DNA of 64,000 bases from Chloroflexota bacterium (lineage in GTDB: Bacteria; Chloroflexota; Dehalococcoidia; UBA2979), in the NCBI GenBank assembly GCA_947472995.1, contig CANJBO010000008.1, forward strand, positions 1,538 through 65,537, read 5' to 3'. The notes under the pieces are model-generated. The model had not been told where the DNA came from, did no database searches, and worked only from the letters and a program-made list of their open reading frames with translations. The translations under genes and the position numbers were made by a program. Positions 17,519-26,414 of the stretch are shown here, one piece after another. How positions within the stretch are numbered: position 1 is the first letter of the stretch; the number at the start of each line of letters is the position of its first letter.

Positions 17519-18466
17519 ATGGCCGACCAGCACATCTCGAACGGCACACCCCTCGTCCTCAGCCGGCGGCTGTTCGCGCGGCGATCCTCGACGTGGCTGC
17601 TCGCGGGGGGCGCGATGGCGGTGCTCTCCGCCTGCGGTGCGAGCGCCGCGACGAAGGAGGATATCGCCGCGATCCGTGGCGACCTCGCCGCGCTGAAGGG
17701 CGGCAAGCCCGAGGCGCCCGCCGCGGCGGGTGGGCACGGTGCGCCCGCGAAGGCCGGCGGCGCCCCGCAGGCCGCGCACTGGGACTACGAGGGCGCCGAG
17801 GGGCCGGACAAGTGGGCCGACCTCGACCCTGCGAACGCGGTGTGCCGCGCCGGCACGACGCAGTCCCCGATCGACATCGCCGGCACGCAGCCGGGCACCG
17901 GCGGGCGCACGAACATCAAGTGGACGAAGGCCGCGCTCACCGCGATGAACAACGGCCACACGATCCAGGCCGACGTCACGAACGGCGGGGCGATCGAAGT
18001 GGACGGCGTGCCGTTCAACCTCGTGCAGTTCCACTTCCACGCGCCGTCGGAGCACACGATCGGCGGCAAGCGCTTCGCGATGGAGACGCATTTCGTGCAC
18101 AAGAGCGCGAAGGGCGACCTGGCGGTCGTCGGGGTGATGCACGAGCTGGGCGCGGCGAACGAGGCGCTCGCCCCGGTGTGGGCGGCGCTCCCCGCGAACA
18201 CCGAGGAGAAGAAGCAGATCCCGAACTTCGATCTTGCGGCGGTGCTGCCGGCCGATCGGGCGATGTACCGCTACGCCGGGTCGCTCACCACGCCGCCGTG
18301 CACGGAGGGCGTGCGCTGGCAGCTGATCCAGAAGACGACGACCGTCTCCGACGCGCAGGTGAAGGCGTTCAACGCGATCATCAAGCCGAACGCGCGCCCG
18401 GTGCAGCCGCAGAAGGCGCGCGACGTGCTGAAGGACGCGCTGTACAAGCTGCTGCCCACGACCTAG
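17519..18466 (+). CDS. alpha-class carbonic anhydrase, predicted Tat-exported lipoprotein
   Basis: Internal ATG: MADQHISNGTPLVLSRRLFARRSSTWLLAGGAMAVLSACG (twin-Arg plus lipobox). Catalytic core HWDYEG...SPIDI...NNGHTIQ...QFHFHAPSEH...ETHFVH...YRYAGSLTTPPCTEGV. Confidence 0.9.
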   Translation: MADQHISNGTPLVLSRRLFARRSSTWLLAGGAMAVLSACGASAATKEDIAAIRGDLAALKGGKPEAPAAAGGHGAPAKAGGAPQAAHWDYEGAEGPDKWADLDPANAVCRAGTTQSPIDIAGTQPGTGGRTNIKWTKAALTAMNNGHTIQADVTNGGAIEVDGVPFNLVQFHFHAPSEHTIGGKRFAMETHFVHKSAKGDLAVVGVMHELGAANEALAPVWAALPANTEEKKQIPNFDLAAVLPADRAMYRYAGSLTTPPCTEGVRWQLIQKTTTVSDAQVKAFNAIIKPNARPVQPQKARDVLKDALYKLLPTT

Positions 18467-18482
18467 TCGCGTCACCGCGGAT

Positions 18483-18520
18483 GGGGCGTCGAGGCCTTGC
18501 GGGGGCAGCCTCGACGCTCC
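18483..18520. terminator. hairpin between convergent genes (stem GCGTCGAGGC / GCCTCGACGC, 12-nt loop)
   Basis: Read directly: 10-bp perfect stem 18486-18495 / 18508-18517. No U-tract, so terminator function is an inference from position. Confidence 0.35.
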
Positions 18521-18551
18521 ATCACGCGATGAGTGGCGCGCGTGGCCGCCG

Positions 18552-19091
18552 CTAGGCGACCACCTCGACCTGCTCGACGATCTCGGCGTCGATCGCCAGC
18601 TTCACGCGCTTGCCGACCACCACGCCGCCCGCCTCGAGCGCCATGTTCCAGCCGAGGCCCCACTGCTCGCGGTCGATCTCGCCTGTCAGCTCGACGCCCG
18701 CGCGGCGGTTGCCATACGGGTCCGTCAGCGGGCCGTCGAGGATGCCGCGCAACGTCACCGGGTGCGTCACCTCGCGGATCGTGAGGTCGCCGGTGATCGC
18801 GAACTCGCTCGCGCCGGTGCGCTCCACGCGCGTGCCGCGGAACGTCATCAGCGGGTGCTGCTCCGAGTCGAAGAAGTCCGCCGAGCGCAGGTGCGCATCG
18901 CGGTCGGCGACGCGCGTGTCGATCGAGGCAGTCCCGATCTCCACGACGACCTCGGACCGCTCGGGGTGATCCTCGTCGATGCGGATCTGCGCCTGCGCGT
19001 CGGTGAAGCGGCCCTTCACGTTCGACACCATCATGTGGCGCACCGAGAAGCCGATGTCGAGGTGCGTCGCGTCGAGGTTCCACTGGCTCAT
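18552..19091 (-). CDS. YceI family protein
   Basis: Internal ATG of the 324-aa ORF: MSQWNLDATHLDIGFSVRHMMVSNVKGRF...ASIDTRVADRDAHLRSADFFD...FAITGDLTIREVTHPV, typical YceI. GGGAGA upstream. Confidence 0.88.
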   Translation of the reverse strand: MSQWNLDATHLDIGFSVRHMMVSNVKGRFTDAQAQIRIDEDHPERSEVVVEIGTASIDTRVADRDAHLRSADFFDSEQHPLMTFRGTRVERTGASEFAITGDLTIREVTHPVTLRGILDGPLTDPYGNRRAGVELTGEIDREQWGLGWNMALEAGGVVVGKRVKLAIDAEIVEQVEVVA

Positions 19092-19140
19092 CTGGGTCTC
19101 CCTGTCCGTGCCGCACCTCACGCCTACGTGTGATGCGTCG

Positions 19141-19155
19141 CTTACTGTATGTAAC
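19141..19155. promoter_or_regulatory. candidate operator half-palindrome CTTAC-N5-GTAAc near the yceI transcription start
   Basis: cttactgtatgtaac. Related to the perfect CTTAC-N5-GTAAG 50 bp away. Confidence 0.3.
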
Positions 19156-19157
19156 AA

Positions 19158-19186
19158 ACTATCCATGAGTAGGCTACGATTGTCAA
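19158..19186 (-). promoter_or_regulatory. sigma70-type promoter for yceI: -35 TTGACA, 17-nt spacer, -10 GATAGT
   Basis: Minus strand reads TTGACAatcgtagcctactcatgGATAGT in the only AT-rich patch of this spacer. About 60-nt leader with GGGAGA Shine-Dalgarno. Confidence 0.5.
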
Positions 19187-19190
19187 GTAA

Positions 19191-19205
19191 CTTACATGCG
19201 GTAAG
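19191..19205. promoter_or_regulatory. candidate HxlR operator, perfect inverted repeat CTTAC-atgcg-GTAAG overlapping the hxlR -35
   Basis: Read directly. Overlaps TTACAT (-35) and the spacer of the hxlR promoter. Confidence 0.35.
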
Positions 19206-19220
19206 AGGAACTGGTAGAAT
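19192..19220 (+). promoter_or_regulatory. sigma70-type promoter for hxlR: -35 TTACAT, 17-nt spacer, -10 TAGAAT; predicts a leaderless mRNA
   Basis: TTACATgcggtaagaggaactggTAGAATcgaagcATG. -10 ends at 19220, so canonical +1 is 19227, the A of the ATG. No Shine-Dalgarno. Confidence 0.5.
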
Positions 19221-19226
19221 CGAAGC

Positions 19227-19631
19227 ATGGACACCATGAGCACCCGTACCCAGACCACCGCGGTCGACCCGGCCTCCGAGGAGTGCCACGCGGCGATGGA
19301 GGCGTTCTGCGGACGTTTCCACTTCGCCGTGGAGCTGGTGGGCAAGCGGTGGAGCGGCGCGATCCTGCGGGCGATGCTCGCCGGGATCGTGCGCTTCTCC
19401 GACCTCGCCGCAATCGTGCCGGGGCTCAGCGACCGGCTGCTCTCCGAGCGCCTCCGCGAGCTCGAGGCGGCCGGCCTCGTCGTCCGCGAGGTGTACCCGG
19501 AGACGCCGGTGCGCATCGAGTACCACCTGACGGAGAAGGGCCGTGCCCTCGAGCCGGCCATCGAGGCGCTCGCCGGGTGGGCCGAGACGTGGATTCCCCT
19601 CGACGAGCCGGACGCGGCCCCGGTCTCCTAG
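19227..19631 (+). CDS. HxlR-family winged-helix transcriptional regulator
   Basis: 134 aa. ...CGRFHFAVELVGKRWSGAILRAMLAGIVRFSDLAAIVPGLSDRLLSERLRELEAAGLVVREVYPETPVRIEYHLTEKG, the canonical HxlR pattern. Divergent from yceI. Confidence 0.88.
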   Translation: MDTMSTRTQTTAVDPASEECHAAMEAFCGRFHFAVELVGKRWSGAILRAMLAGIVRFSDLAAIVPGLSDRLLSERLRELEAAGLVVREVYPETPVRIEYHLTEKGRALEPAIEALAGWAETWIPLDEPDAAPVS

Positions 19632-19671
19632 CCGGGGCTTCGCTGGGTCCTAGCCGCGCGCGTCAGGCATC

Positions 19672-21678
19672 ATGGGCCGTATGACCTCGCCCTTCGACTA
19701 CACCGCCGTCACGCCTGACTCCGCCCGCGAGGCCGTCGCGGCGGCCGAGGAGCGCGCGACCGCGATCATCGAGACGGTCGTCGCGGTGCCGGCGGCCGAG
19801 CAGACGTTCGCGAACACCGTGCTGCCGCTGGACGAGGTGCGCGCGACGCTCGCGCTGGCGAGCGGGCGGTACGGCTTCCTCTCGAACGTCGCCCCCGACG
19901 ACGCGCTCCGCGACGAGGCGCACGAGATCGACCGGCGCATCGCGACGTACACGACGTCGATCGCCTTCCGCGACGACCTCTTCGCCGCGCTGACCGACTA
20001 CGCCGCGCAGCCCGAGGTCGCCACGCTCGGTCCGATCGAGCGGCGCTACCTCGACCACGTGTTGCGCGACTTCCGTCGCAACGGCTTCGCCGTGGGCGCC
20101 GCGGCGCGCGCGCGCGTGCAGGCGCTGAAGGAGCGCCTCGTCACGCTCGGCGTGGACTTCCGCCGCAACATCGACGAGGCGGACGAGGCGCTGTGGCTGG
20201 AGCGCGAGGACCTGGTCGGCCTGCCCGCGTCGTACATCGAGCGGTTGCAGCAGCGACAGTTCGACGACGCCACCGGCAGCGGGACGCGCTACCGCGTCTC
20301 GCTGGCGTACCCGGAGCTGTACCCGTTCATGGACTTCGCGGAGCGCGAGGACCTGCGCCGCGAGCTGTTCACCCTCAACCAGAACAAGGCCGCCGAGGTG
20401 AACCTCCCGTTGCTGGAGGAGGCGATCGCGACGCGCGACGAGATCGCGACGACGCTCGGCTACGTCTCGTGGGCGCACTACGCGATCGAGACGCGCATGG
20501 CGCAGACCCCGGAAACCGCCGTCGAGTTCCTCCGCGACCTCGAGGCGCGCGTGCGCGCGAAGGCCGACCTCGACATCGCGGCGCTGACCGCGTCGAAGCG
20601 CACGCACACCGGCGATCCCGACGCGCGTCTCGAGATCTGGGACTGGCGCTACTACCAGCAGCGCGTGCTGCGCGAGCGGTACGAGGTGGACTCGTTCGCC
20701 GTCGCCGAGTACTTCCCGCTGGACGCCACCCTCGACGGGATGTTCGCGGTGTACCAGCGCCTCGTCGGCGCGCGCTTCGTCGAGGTGCCGGAGCCGCGCG
20801 CCTGGCACCCCGACGTCCGCCTGTTCGACGTCGAGGACGACGCGATCGGCGCACACCTCGGCGCGTTCTACCTCGACCTGCACCCGCGCCCGGACAAGTA
20901 CGGCCACGCTGCCGCGTTCACGCTGCGTCCCGGGAGGGAACTGCCGGACGGCACGTACGAGACCGGCATCTCCGCGATGGTCACGAACTTCACGAAGCCC
21001 GGCCCCGGCACGCCCAGCCTGCTCCGCCACTCCGAGGTGGTCACGCTCTTCCACGAGTTCGGCCACATCCTGCACCAGGTCATGACACGCGCGCCGTACG
21101 CGCGCTTCGCCGGGACCAGCGTGCAGCGCGACTTCGTCGAGGCACCCTCGCAGATGCTCCAGCACTGGGTGTGGGACGCCGAGGTGCTCGCCGGGTTCAC
21201 GCACCACGTCACCACGGGCGCGCCGCTGCCCGCCGACCTCCTCGCGCGGATGATCGCGGCGAAGCACGTCGCGAGCGGGCTGCACTACCTCCGGCAGCTC
21301 TTCTTCGCGCGCCTCGACCTCGCGTACCACGGCGAGGGGCGCACGAAGGACACCGATGCGATCGCGCGCGAGCTGCACGCGATCACCGGCTTCCCGTTCG
21401 TCGAGGGCACGCACTTCCAGGCGGGCTTCGGCCACCTGTTCGGCTACGACGCGGGCTACTACGGCTACCTGTGGTCGCAGGTCTACGGCGACGACATGGC
21501 CGCCCGCTTCGCCGAGGGCAGGGCCGTGGAAGGAGGGGCCGGCGATGAGGTCGTCGGTCGCCGCTACCGCGAGACGATCCTCGAGGCGGGCGGGACGCGT
21601 GACGGTGCGGACCTGCTGCGCGACTTCCTCGGCCGCGAGCCGGGGATGGAGCCGTTCCTGCGCGAGATTGGGCTGTAG
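19672..21678 (+). CDS. M3-family zinc metallopeptidase (oligopeptidase A / Dcp / thimet-like)
   Basis: 668 aa. HEFGHILH zinc motif followed by ...FVEAPSQMLQHW... and ...GYDAGYYGYLWS..., typical of M3A. Confidence 0.9.
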   Translation: MGRMTSPFDYTAVTPDSAREAVAAAEERATAIIETVVAVPAAEQTFANTVLPLDEVRATLALASGRYGFLSNVAPDDALRDEAHEIDRRIATYTTSIAFRDDLFAALTDYAAQPEVATLGPIERRYLDHVLRDFRRNGFAVGAAARARVQALKERLVTLGVDFRRNIDEADEALWLEREDLVGLPASYIERLQQRQFDDATGSGTRYRVSLAYPELYPFMDFAEREDLRRELFTLNQNKAAEVNLPLLEEAIATRDEIATTLGYVSWAHYAIETRMAQTPETAVEFLRDLEARVRAKADLDIAALTASKRTHTGDPDARLEIWDWRYYQQRVLRERYEVDSFAVAEYFPLDATLDGMFAVYQRLVGARFVEVPEPRAWHPDVRLFDVEDDAIGAHLGAFYLDLHPRPDKYGHAAAFTLRPGRELPDGTYETGISAMVTNFTKPGPGTPSLLRHSEVVTLFHEFGHILHQVMTRAPYARFAGTSVQRDFVEAPSQMLQHWVWDAEVLAGFTHHVTTGAPLPADLLARMIAAKHVASGLHYLRQLFFARLDLAYHGEGRTKDTDAIARELHAITGFPFVEGTHFQAGFGHLFGYDAGYYGYLWSQVYGDDMAARFAEGRAVEGGAGDEVVGRRYRETILEAGGTRDGADLLRDFLGREPGMEPFLREIGL

Positions 21679-21696
21679 CGGGAGGTTCGAGGGGGA

Positions 21697-21782
21697 AGCC
21701 CTCACCCAACCTCTCCCATGAATGGGAGAGGGGGCAGGCTCAGAACCCTCGCCCATTTATCGGAGAGGGCAGGGTGAGGGCT
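21697..21782. repeat. inverted pair of palindromic units (outer stem AGCCCTCACCC / GGGTGAGGGCT; inner hairpin CCTCTCCCATGAATGGGAGAGG)
   Basis: Read directly. Same architecture as 47935..48034. Confidence 0.88.
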
Positions 21783-21785
21783 CTG

Positions 21786-22010
21786 CTACCTCGCGCGCGC
21801 GCCGATCTGCAGCGACTCCAACAGGTGCGTCGAGATGTGCGCGATCTCGTTCACGGCAGCCTCGAACGCCTCCGTGTTGGCGGGCGAGGGGCGCTGGAAG
21901 CCGCTGATCTTCTTCACGAACTGGCGTGCGGCTGCCTCGACCTCCTCGGACGTGGCGTGCGGCTCGTCGCTGCCGGCGGTGGGGCGCAGGCGCTTGATGG
22001 ATCGACACAT
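21786..22010 (-). CDS. DUF2277 domain-containing protein
   Basis: 74 aa MCRSIKRLRP...SEEVEAAARQFVKKISGFQRPSPANTEAFEAAVNEIAHIS..., a pattern I recognise as DUF2277. GAGGAG upstream. Confidence 0.78.
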   Translation of the reverse strand: MCRSIKRLRPTAGSDEPHATSEEVEAAARQFVKKISGFQRPSPANTEAFEAAVNEIAHISTHLLESLQIGARAR

Positions 22011-22115
22011 CGGCGGGCTCCTCGGACGCTGATTTGCAGGGTTCGAGTGTACGGCGGGCGCGCTGCCTCGTGCGGCGTCGCGGCGCTAGACTGGCGTTCG
22101 AGGACAGGAGCCCCC

Positions 22116-23024
22116 ATGCGCGTCGGCATCTCGCTCACCAGCGCCTACCGCGTCGACAACCCGCGCGACGGCGCGCGCTGGATGATCGAGCGCGCGGCGG
22201 CCGCGCGCGGCGCCGACCTCGATTCGCTGTTCGTGGGCGACCATCACTCGACGGCGCCGGGGACGTACTACCAGGGCGTGCCGATCATGGGGCGGCTGCT
22301 CGCGGAATGGGGCGACCGGCCCGCGGGCGTGCTGTTCCTGCTGCCGCTGTGGAACCCCGTGCTGGTCGCGGAGCAGGTCGGCACGCTGGCCGCCATCCAC
22401 CAGGGGCGCTTCATCATCCAGTGCGCGATCGGCCGCGACGACCCGCAGTCCCCCGCGATGGGCGTGAACGCGAAGTACCGGCCCTCCATGTTCGAGGAAT
22501 CGCTCGACATCGTGCGCCGCTTGCTCGCGGGCGAGAAGGTGTCGTCCGACGGGCGCTTCAAGTTCACCGACGCGCAGATCTCCCCGATCGCGCCCGAGCC
22601 CGTCGAGGTGTGGATCGGCGGCAGCGTCACGAAGTCGATCGACCGCGCCGCGCGCGTCGGCGACGGGTGGCTGGGCGATCCGAGCCACGGCCTCGCCGAG
22701 ATCGCCGCACAGGCCGCCGACTACCACGAGCGCGCGCAGGCGCACGGACGCACGCCGAGCGCGGTGGCGGTGCGACGGAACGTCTTCGTCGCCGACACCG
22801 ACGAGGAGGCCGCACGCGTGCTGGAGCCGATGCTGGCGAACTTCCGCGGCGACCCCTCGTCGATCCTCTACGGGTCGGCGGAGACGGTCGCGCGGCAGGC
22901 GACGGCGCTCGCCGACCTCGGCTTCACGGACCTCATCGTGCGCAGCCTCGTGCCCGACCAGCGGCTCACGATCCAGAGCATCGAGCGCCTCGCCGAGGTG
23001 CGCGAGCGGTTGCGCGACGCGTAG
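22116..23024 (+). CDS. LLM-class (luciferase-like) flavin/F420-dependent oxidoreductase
   Basis: Internal ATG preceded by AGGAG: MRVGISLTSAY...LFVGDHH...LPLWNPVLVAEQVGTLAAI..GRF...GGS. Confidence 0.82.
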   Translation: MRVGISLTSAYRVDNPRDGARWMIERAAAARGADLDSLFVGDHHSTAPGTYYQGVPIMGRLLAEWGDRPAGVLFLLPLWNPVLVAEQVGTLAAIHQGRFIIQCAIGRDDPQSPAMGVNAKYRPSMFEESLDIVRRLLAGEKVSSDGRFKFTDAQISPIAPEPVEVWIGGSVTKSIDRAARVGDGWLGDPSHGLAEIAAQAADYHERAQAHGRTPSAVAVRRNVFVADTDEEAARVLEPMLANFRGDPSSILYGSAETVARQATALADLGFTDLIVRSLVPDQRLTIQSIERLAEVRERLRDA

Positions 23025-23026
23025 CG

Positions 23027-23536
23027 ATGGCCGCCGCGACGCCCACCGCCGCCACGCACACCCGCGACCGCGCCGCGATCGAGGCGATGCGCGACGTGCA
23101 GCGCGTGTACGTGAACGACTCGCGGTGGTGGCAGAACGCGTCGTTCGCGCTGCCGCTGATCGTCTCGGTGATCTCGCTCGCGGTCGGGCTGCTCCTCGAC
23201 CGCGCGGAGGGCGTGGGATTCGGGCTGTTCGCCGGGGCCGTCACGCTGATCATGATCCCCGTCGTGCTGCTCACGTGGCGCGGCACGGCCACCGCGATCG
23301 TGCTGACGAGGACCGGCGCGTCCGCGCTGCACCTCGGCAAGGTGCTGCACCACGTCGAGTGGACCGATCTCCAGCGCATCGAGCGCGTCGAGTACCTTGG
23401 CAACACGCGCTACAAGCTGGTGCACCACGACACCGAGTTCCTCACCGTCGAGAGCGAGATCGAGGGCAGCGCCGACCTTGTCGACACCGCGTTCGCGCTG
23501 TCGGGCGTGCCTCGGCAGAGCGCGAGCGACGCCTAG
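23027..23536 (+). CDS. hypothetical membrane protein (2 TM plus small C-terminal PH-like domain)
   Basis: ATG 2 nt after the LLM stop. FALPLIVSVISLAVGLLL and FGLFAGAVTLIMIPVVLL helices. No family assigned with confidence. Confidence 0.55.
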   Translation: MAAATPTAATHTRDRAAIEAMRDVQRVYVNDSRWWQNASFALPLIVSVISLAVGLLLDRAEGVGFGLFAGAVTLIMIPVVLLTWRGTATAIVLTRTGASALHLGKVLHHVEWTDLQRIERVEYLGNTRYKLVHHDTEFLTVESEIEGSADLVDTAFALSGVPRQSASDA

Positions 23537-24657
23537 CCCGCCGGGACGAGCTCGAACACCTCGAACGTCGAGGGAAGCATCGTGCGGTTGGCCAGGCGAA
23601 GTCCGGCACGCGTCCACAGCGCGGCGAACTCCGAGTCGGTGCGCTCGCGGCCACCGTCGCCCAGCACGAGCATCAGCATGTCGGTCGTCTTCAGAAAATG
23701 CTCGCTGTCATGCGGCGGGATGACCGCCTCGATCACCATGATGCGGCCGCCCGGCGCCATCACGCGGCGGATGTTCGAGAGGATGAGAGCGCACCGCTCG
23801 TCGTCCCAGTCGTGCACGACCGCGAACAGCACGTAGAGGTCGCAGCCGCCCGGCACGGCGTCGAAGAAGTCGCCGCCCACGAAGGTGGCCCGCTCCGCCA
23901 CGCCGGCGTCCTCGAACACCACGCGCGCGTCGGCTTCGAGCGACGGGAGGTCGAGGACGGTGCCGTGCATCTGCGGGTGCAACGCGAGCAGGTGCGCGAG
24001 GACCGAGCCGCTGCCGCCCCCGATGTCGCAGAGGTGCCGGACATCCTCGAGGCCGATCGTTTCGCCGAACAGGATGCCCTGCAGGCGGCTGCCGGACGCC
24101 ATCGCTCCCGCGAACGCGCGCCCGGCGTCCGGGTTCTCCTCGCTCAGGTACTGGAAGAACGGCATGCCGAGGGCGGTCTCGGCGGCCGGGCGGCCCGTGC
24201 GCACCCGCGACGGCATCTCGTTCCAGATGCGCGCGTTCCACTCCGAGCCGAAGAACAGCACCCAGTCCCGGAACGAGTACGGATGATCCTCGCGCAGCCG
24301 ATCGGTCGCAGCGTTGTTTGCGTACGCGCCTCGACGGTGCTTGAAGAAGCCGCGCATCACGAGGAAGCGGAGCAGCCGCTCCACGGCGTCGGGGTCCGCG
24401 CCGCTGGCCGCGGCGATCTGCGTCGAGGTCAGCGGCCCGCGGGCAAGCAGATCGGGGATACGCAGGTCCACCGCGCAGTAGAGCGCCTTCGTGTCGACCA
24501 TCCCGAAGGTGCGCTCCAGGACGAGACTGAAGCCCGGCACCATGCGAGCGTGCAGCGCTCCGATCGCCGCACGCGCACGGAACGCGGCGCGCACGATCCA
24601 CGGCGGCGGCACAGCGCCGCCGAGGGCTTCCTTTGCGCGCTCGATCCCGGATGCCAT
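23533..24657 (-). CDS. class I SAM-dependent O-methyltransferase (COMT/ASMT-like with N-terminal dimerisation domain)
   Basis: 374 aa. LCDIGGGSGSVLAHLL (motif I), GGDFFDAVPGGCDLYVL, HDWDDE. Confidence 0.85.
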   Translation of the reverse strand: MASGIERAKEALGGAVPPPWIVRAAFRARAAIGALHARMVPGFSLVLERTFGMVDTKALYCAVDLRIPDLLARGPLTSTQIAAASGADPDAVERLLRFLVMRGFFKHRRGAYANNAATDRLREDHPYSFRDWVLFFGSEWNARIWNEMPSRVRTGRPAAETALGMPFFQYLSEENPDAGRAFAGAMASGSRLQGILFGETIGLEDVRHLCDIGGGSGSVLAHLLALHPQMHGTVLDLPSLEADARVVFEDAGVAERATFVGGDFFDAVPGGCDLYVLFAVVHDWDDERCALILSNIRRVMAPGGRIMVIEAVIPPHDSEHFLKTTDMLMLVLGDGGRERTDSEFAALWTRAGLRLANRTMLPSTFEVFELVPAG

Positions 24658-24758
24658 TATCTGGTCACCATGCGACTGAGCACATACGAGGCTCTTCTCA
24701 TCGACACGCCGTTATCCCCGGAGTACTGGGTGCGGGCATCGTAGCCGTGTCCGGTCGT

Positions 24759-25349
24759 ATGGTGAGAGGACAGCCCGCACCCCTCGAGGAGGCCACCGTG
24801 ACGAGCGGCAAGATCCAGCGCACCGAGGACGACGACATCCGCGAGGCGCTGCACGAGTTCCCGTACGGCATCTACGTCATCGGCACCACGCGCGACGGTC
24901 GCCCGAACGCGATGATCGCGGACTGGGTGATGCAGATCTCGTTCAGCCCGCGCCTGCTGGCAATCGGGTTCGAGCGCGACTCCTCGTCGCTGGCGCGCGT
25001 GCGGGACAGCGGGGTGCTGACGGTGAACCTGCTCTCGCAGGAGGGCAACGGCATGGCGCTCGCGCGGGGCTTCGTGCAGCCGGCCGACGCGTCGAAGGTG
25101 CGCGGGCGCAGCGACGACGCCGCGGCGCAGCAACACGACAAGCTCGCCGGCATCGACTACCAGCTGTCCGAGCGCGCCTCGGGCTGCCCGATCCTCGACG
25201 ATGCGTTGGCGTACGCGGAGTGCGCGGCGGACCAGTTCGTCGAGGCAGGCGATCACGTATTGGTGCTGGCGCGCGTGCTGTACGCGGAGGTGCTGAACAG
25301 CGGTGAGCCGCTGACGTCCACCTTCACGGGGTGGTCGTACAGCGGCTGA
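24759..25349 (+). CDS. flavin reductase family protein (FMN-binding split barrel)
   Basis: ...FPYGIYVIGTTRDGRPNAMIADWVMQISFSPRLLAIG...GDHVLVLARV. Start ATG 24759 (alternative GTG 24798). Confidence 0.82.
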   Translation: MVRGQPAPLEEATVTSGKIQRTEDDDIREALHEFPYGIYVIGTTRDGRPNAMIADWVMQISFSPRLLAIGFERDSSSLARVRDSGVLTVNLLSQEGNGMALARGFVQPADASKVRGRSDDAAAQQHDKLAGIDYQLSERASGCPILDDALAYAECAADQFVEAGDHVLVLARVLYAEVLNSGEPLTSTFTGWSYSG

Positions 25350-25372
25350 CGGGCTGGGGCGATGCCTGAGTA

Positions 25373-25415
25373 GGCCGCCCCCCACCCCAACCCTCCCCGC
25401 GAGGGGGGAGGGAGG
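25373..25415 (-). repeat. GC-rich palindromic repeat unit (GGCCGCCCCCCACCCC-AA-CCCTCCCC-GCGA-GGGGGGAGGG)
   Basis: Read directly between the convergent flavin reductase and TetR genes. Confidence 0.88.
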
Positions 25416-25433
25416 CGGAGGCGGAGTGTCGCG

Positions 25434-26066
25434 CTATGCGCTGGCGCTCTCGCTGATCGCGCTGCTGGTGGCGATGCCGCGCACGGCCTCCTCCAGGGCG
25501 TCGAAGGCACGGTGGACTGTCACGTCGTCGGGCGCGGTGAGCTGCTGGATCGCGAGGCCGGTCGCCAGCGCGAGCAGCGGCTCGGCGGCACTGGCCGCCT
25601 CGACGTCCGCGCGGATCTCCTCGCGGCGGATGCCTTCCTCGATCAGCTCCTCGACGTGACGGCGCTGCGCCATCTGGCGCGCGCGCTCGTGGCGTCGCAG
25701 CTCCTCGTCACGCGCGCTCTGCGCGGCGACCTCGACCCAGAACTGCCACCACGCACGCCGCTCCGGCGCGTCGAGGACGAAGCTCGCGAGCAGCCGGCGC
25801 AGCCGCGCGAGCGGCGAGCCGCCCGGCACGACGCCCTCGGGCGCCTCGCCGGCGGAGGCAAGCGCCGCCAGCACGAGACCGCGCTTGTTGCCGAAGTGGT
25901 AGTTGATCGTGCCGGTGCTGAGCCCGGTGGCGTGCGCGACCTGGCGCATCGTCATGCCGTCAATGCCGTGCTCGCCGATGAGCGCGGTCACGTGGTGCAG
26001 CACCTCGTTCCGGCGCGGCTCGCGCGCGGTCTCGGTGCCATTCATGGCCTCGGAGGGGAGTGTCAT
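25434..26066 (-). CDS. TetR/AcrR family transcriptional regulator
   Basis: 210 aa. N-terminal HTH ...GIDGMTMRQVAHATGLSTGTINYHFGNKRGL. GAGGAGA upstream. Confidence 0.88.
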   Translation of the reverse strand: MTLPSEAMNGTETAREPRRNEVLHHVTALIGEHGIDGMTMRQVAHATGLSTGTINYHFGNKRGLVLAALASAGEAPEGVVPGGSPLARLRRLLASFVLDAPERRAWWQFWVEVAAQSARDEELRRHERARQMAQRRHVEELIEEGIRREEIRADVEAASAAEPLLALATGLAIQQLTAPDDVTVHRAFDALEEAVRGIATSSAISESASA

Positions 26067-26132
26067 GGCGATTCGTCTCCTCGTGGTGGCGCTGGTGCAG
26101 TGCCGGCCGCCGAGGGATCGGACGAAATCGCG

Positions 26133-26327
26133 CTACCAGAACCCGGTCTTGTAGAAGGCGCCGTTGTGCGCCCAACCTCGGGTCCCGGCTTTTTGCATGC
26201 GCACCAGGTGCTTTTGACACACCCAGAGCGTCAGTCGCTCGCGTTCGTCAGGATCCTCGTGCCAGCGTGACACTGCTACTTCCTGTTGAGGGCGGGCGGT
26301 GCAGAACTCGCAACGCTGTAGCGCCAT
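26133..26327 (-). CDS. hypothetical small Cys/His-containing protein (64 aa) in a locally low-GC patch
   Basis: Internal ATG of the 141-aa ORF: MALQRCEFCTARPQQEVAVSRWHEDPDERERLTLWVCQKHLVRMQKAGTRGWAHNGAFYKTGFW. TAGGAT -10-like hexamer ends 7 nt before the ATG. No family recognised. Confidence 0.4.
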   Translation of the reverse strand: MALQRCEFCTARPQQEVAVSRWHEDPDERERLTLWVCQKHLVRMQKAGTRGWAHNGAFYKTGFW

Positions 26328-26414
26328 CACATCAATCCTAACGTTCGAGTTGCGCCGTCGTAGGGCTGAAAATGTCCACACACCTGCGCGTGCGAGTTGC
26401 AATCCTCTTGCGGC

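Noticed and set aside
21786-26066. Possible secondary-metabolite cluster (LLM oxidoreductase, O-methyltransferase, flavin reductase, TetR)
   Set aside because: There is no core biosynthetic enzyme (PKS, NRPS, terpene synthase, RiPP precursor). The genes are on mixed strands and separated by repeats. They are better treated as unrelated tailoring-type or housekeeping enzymes.
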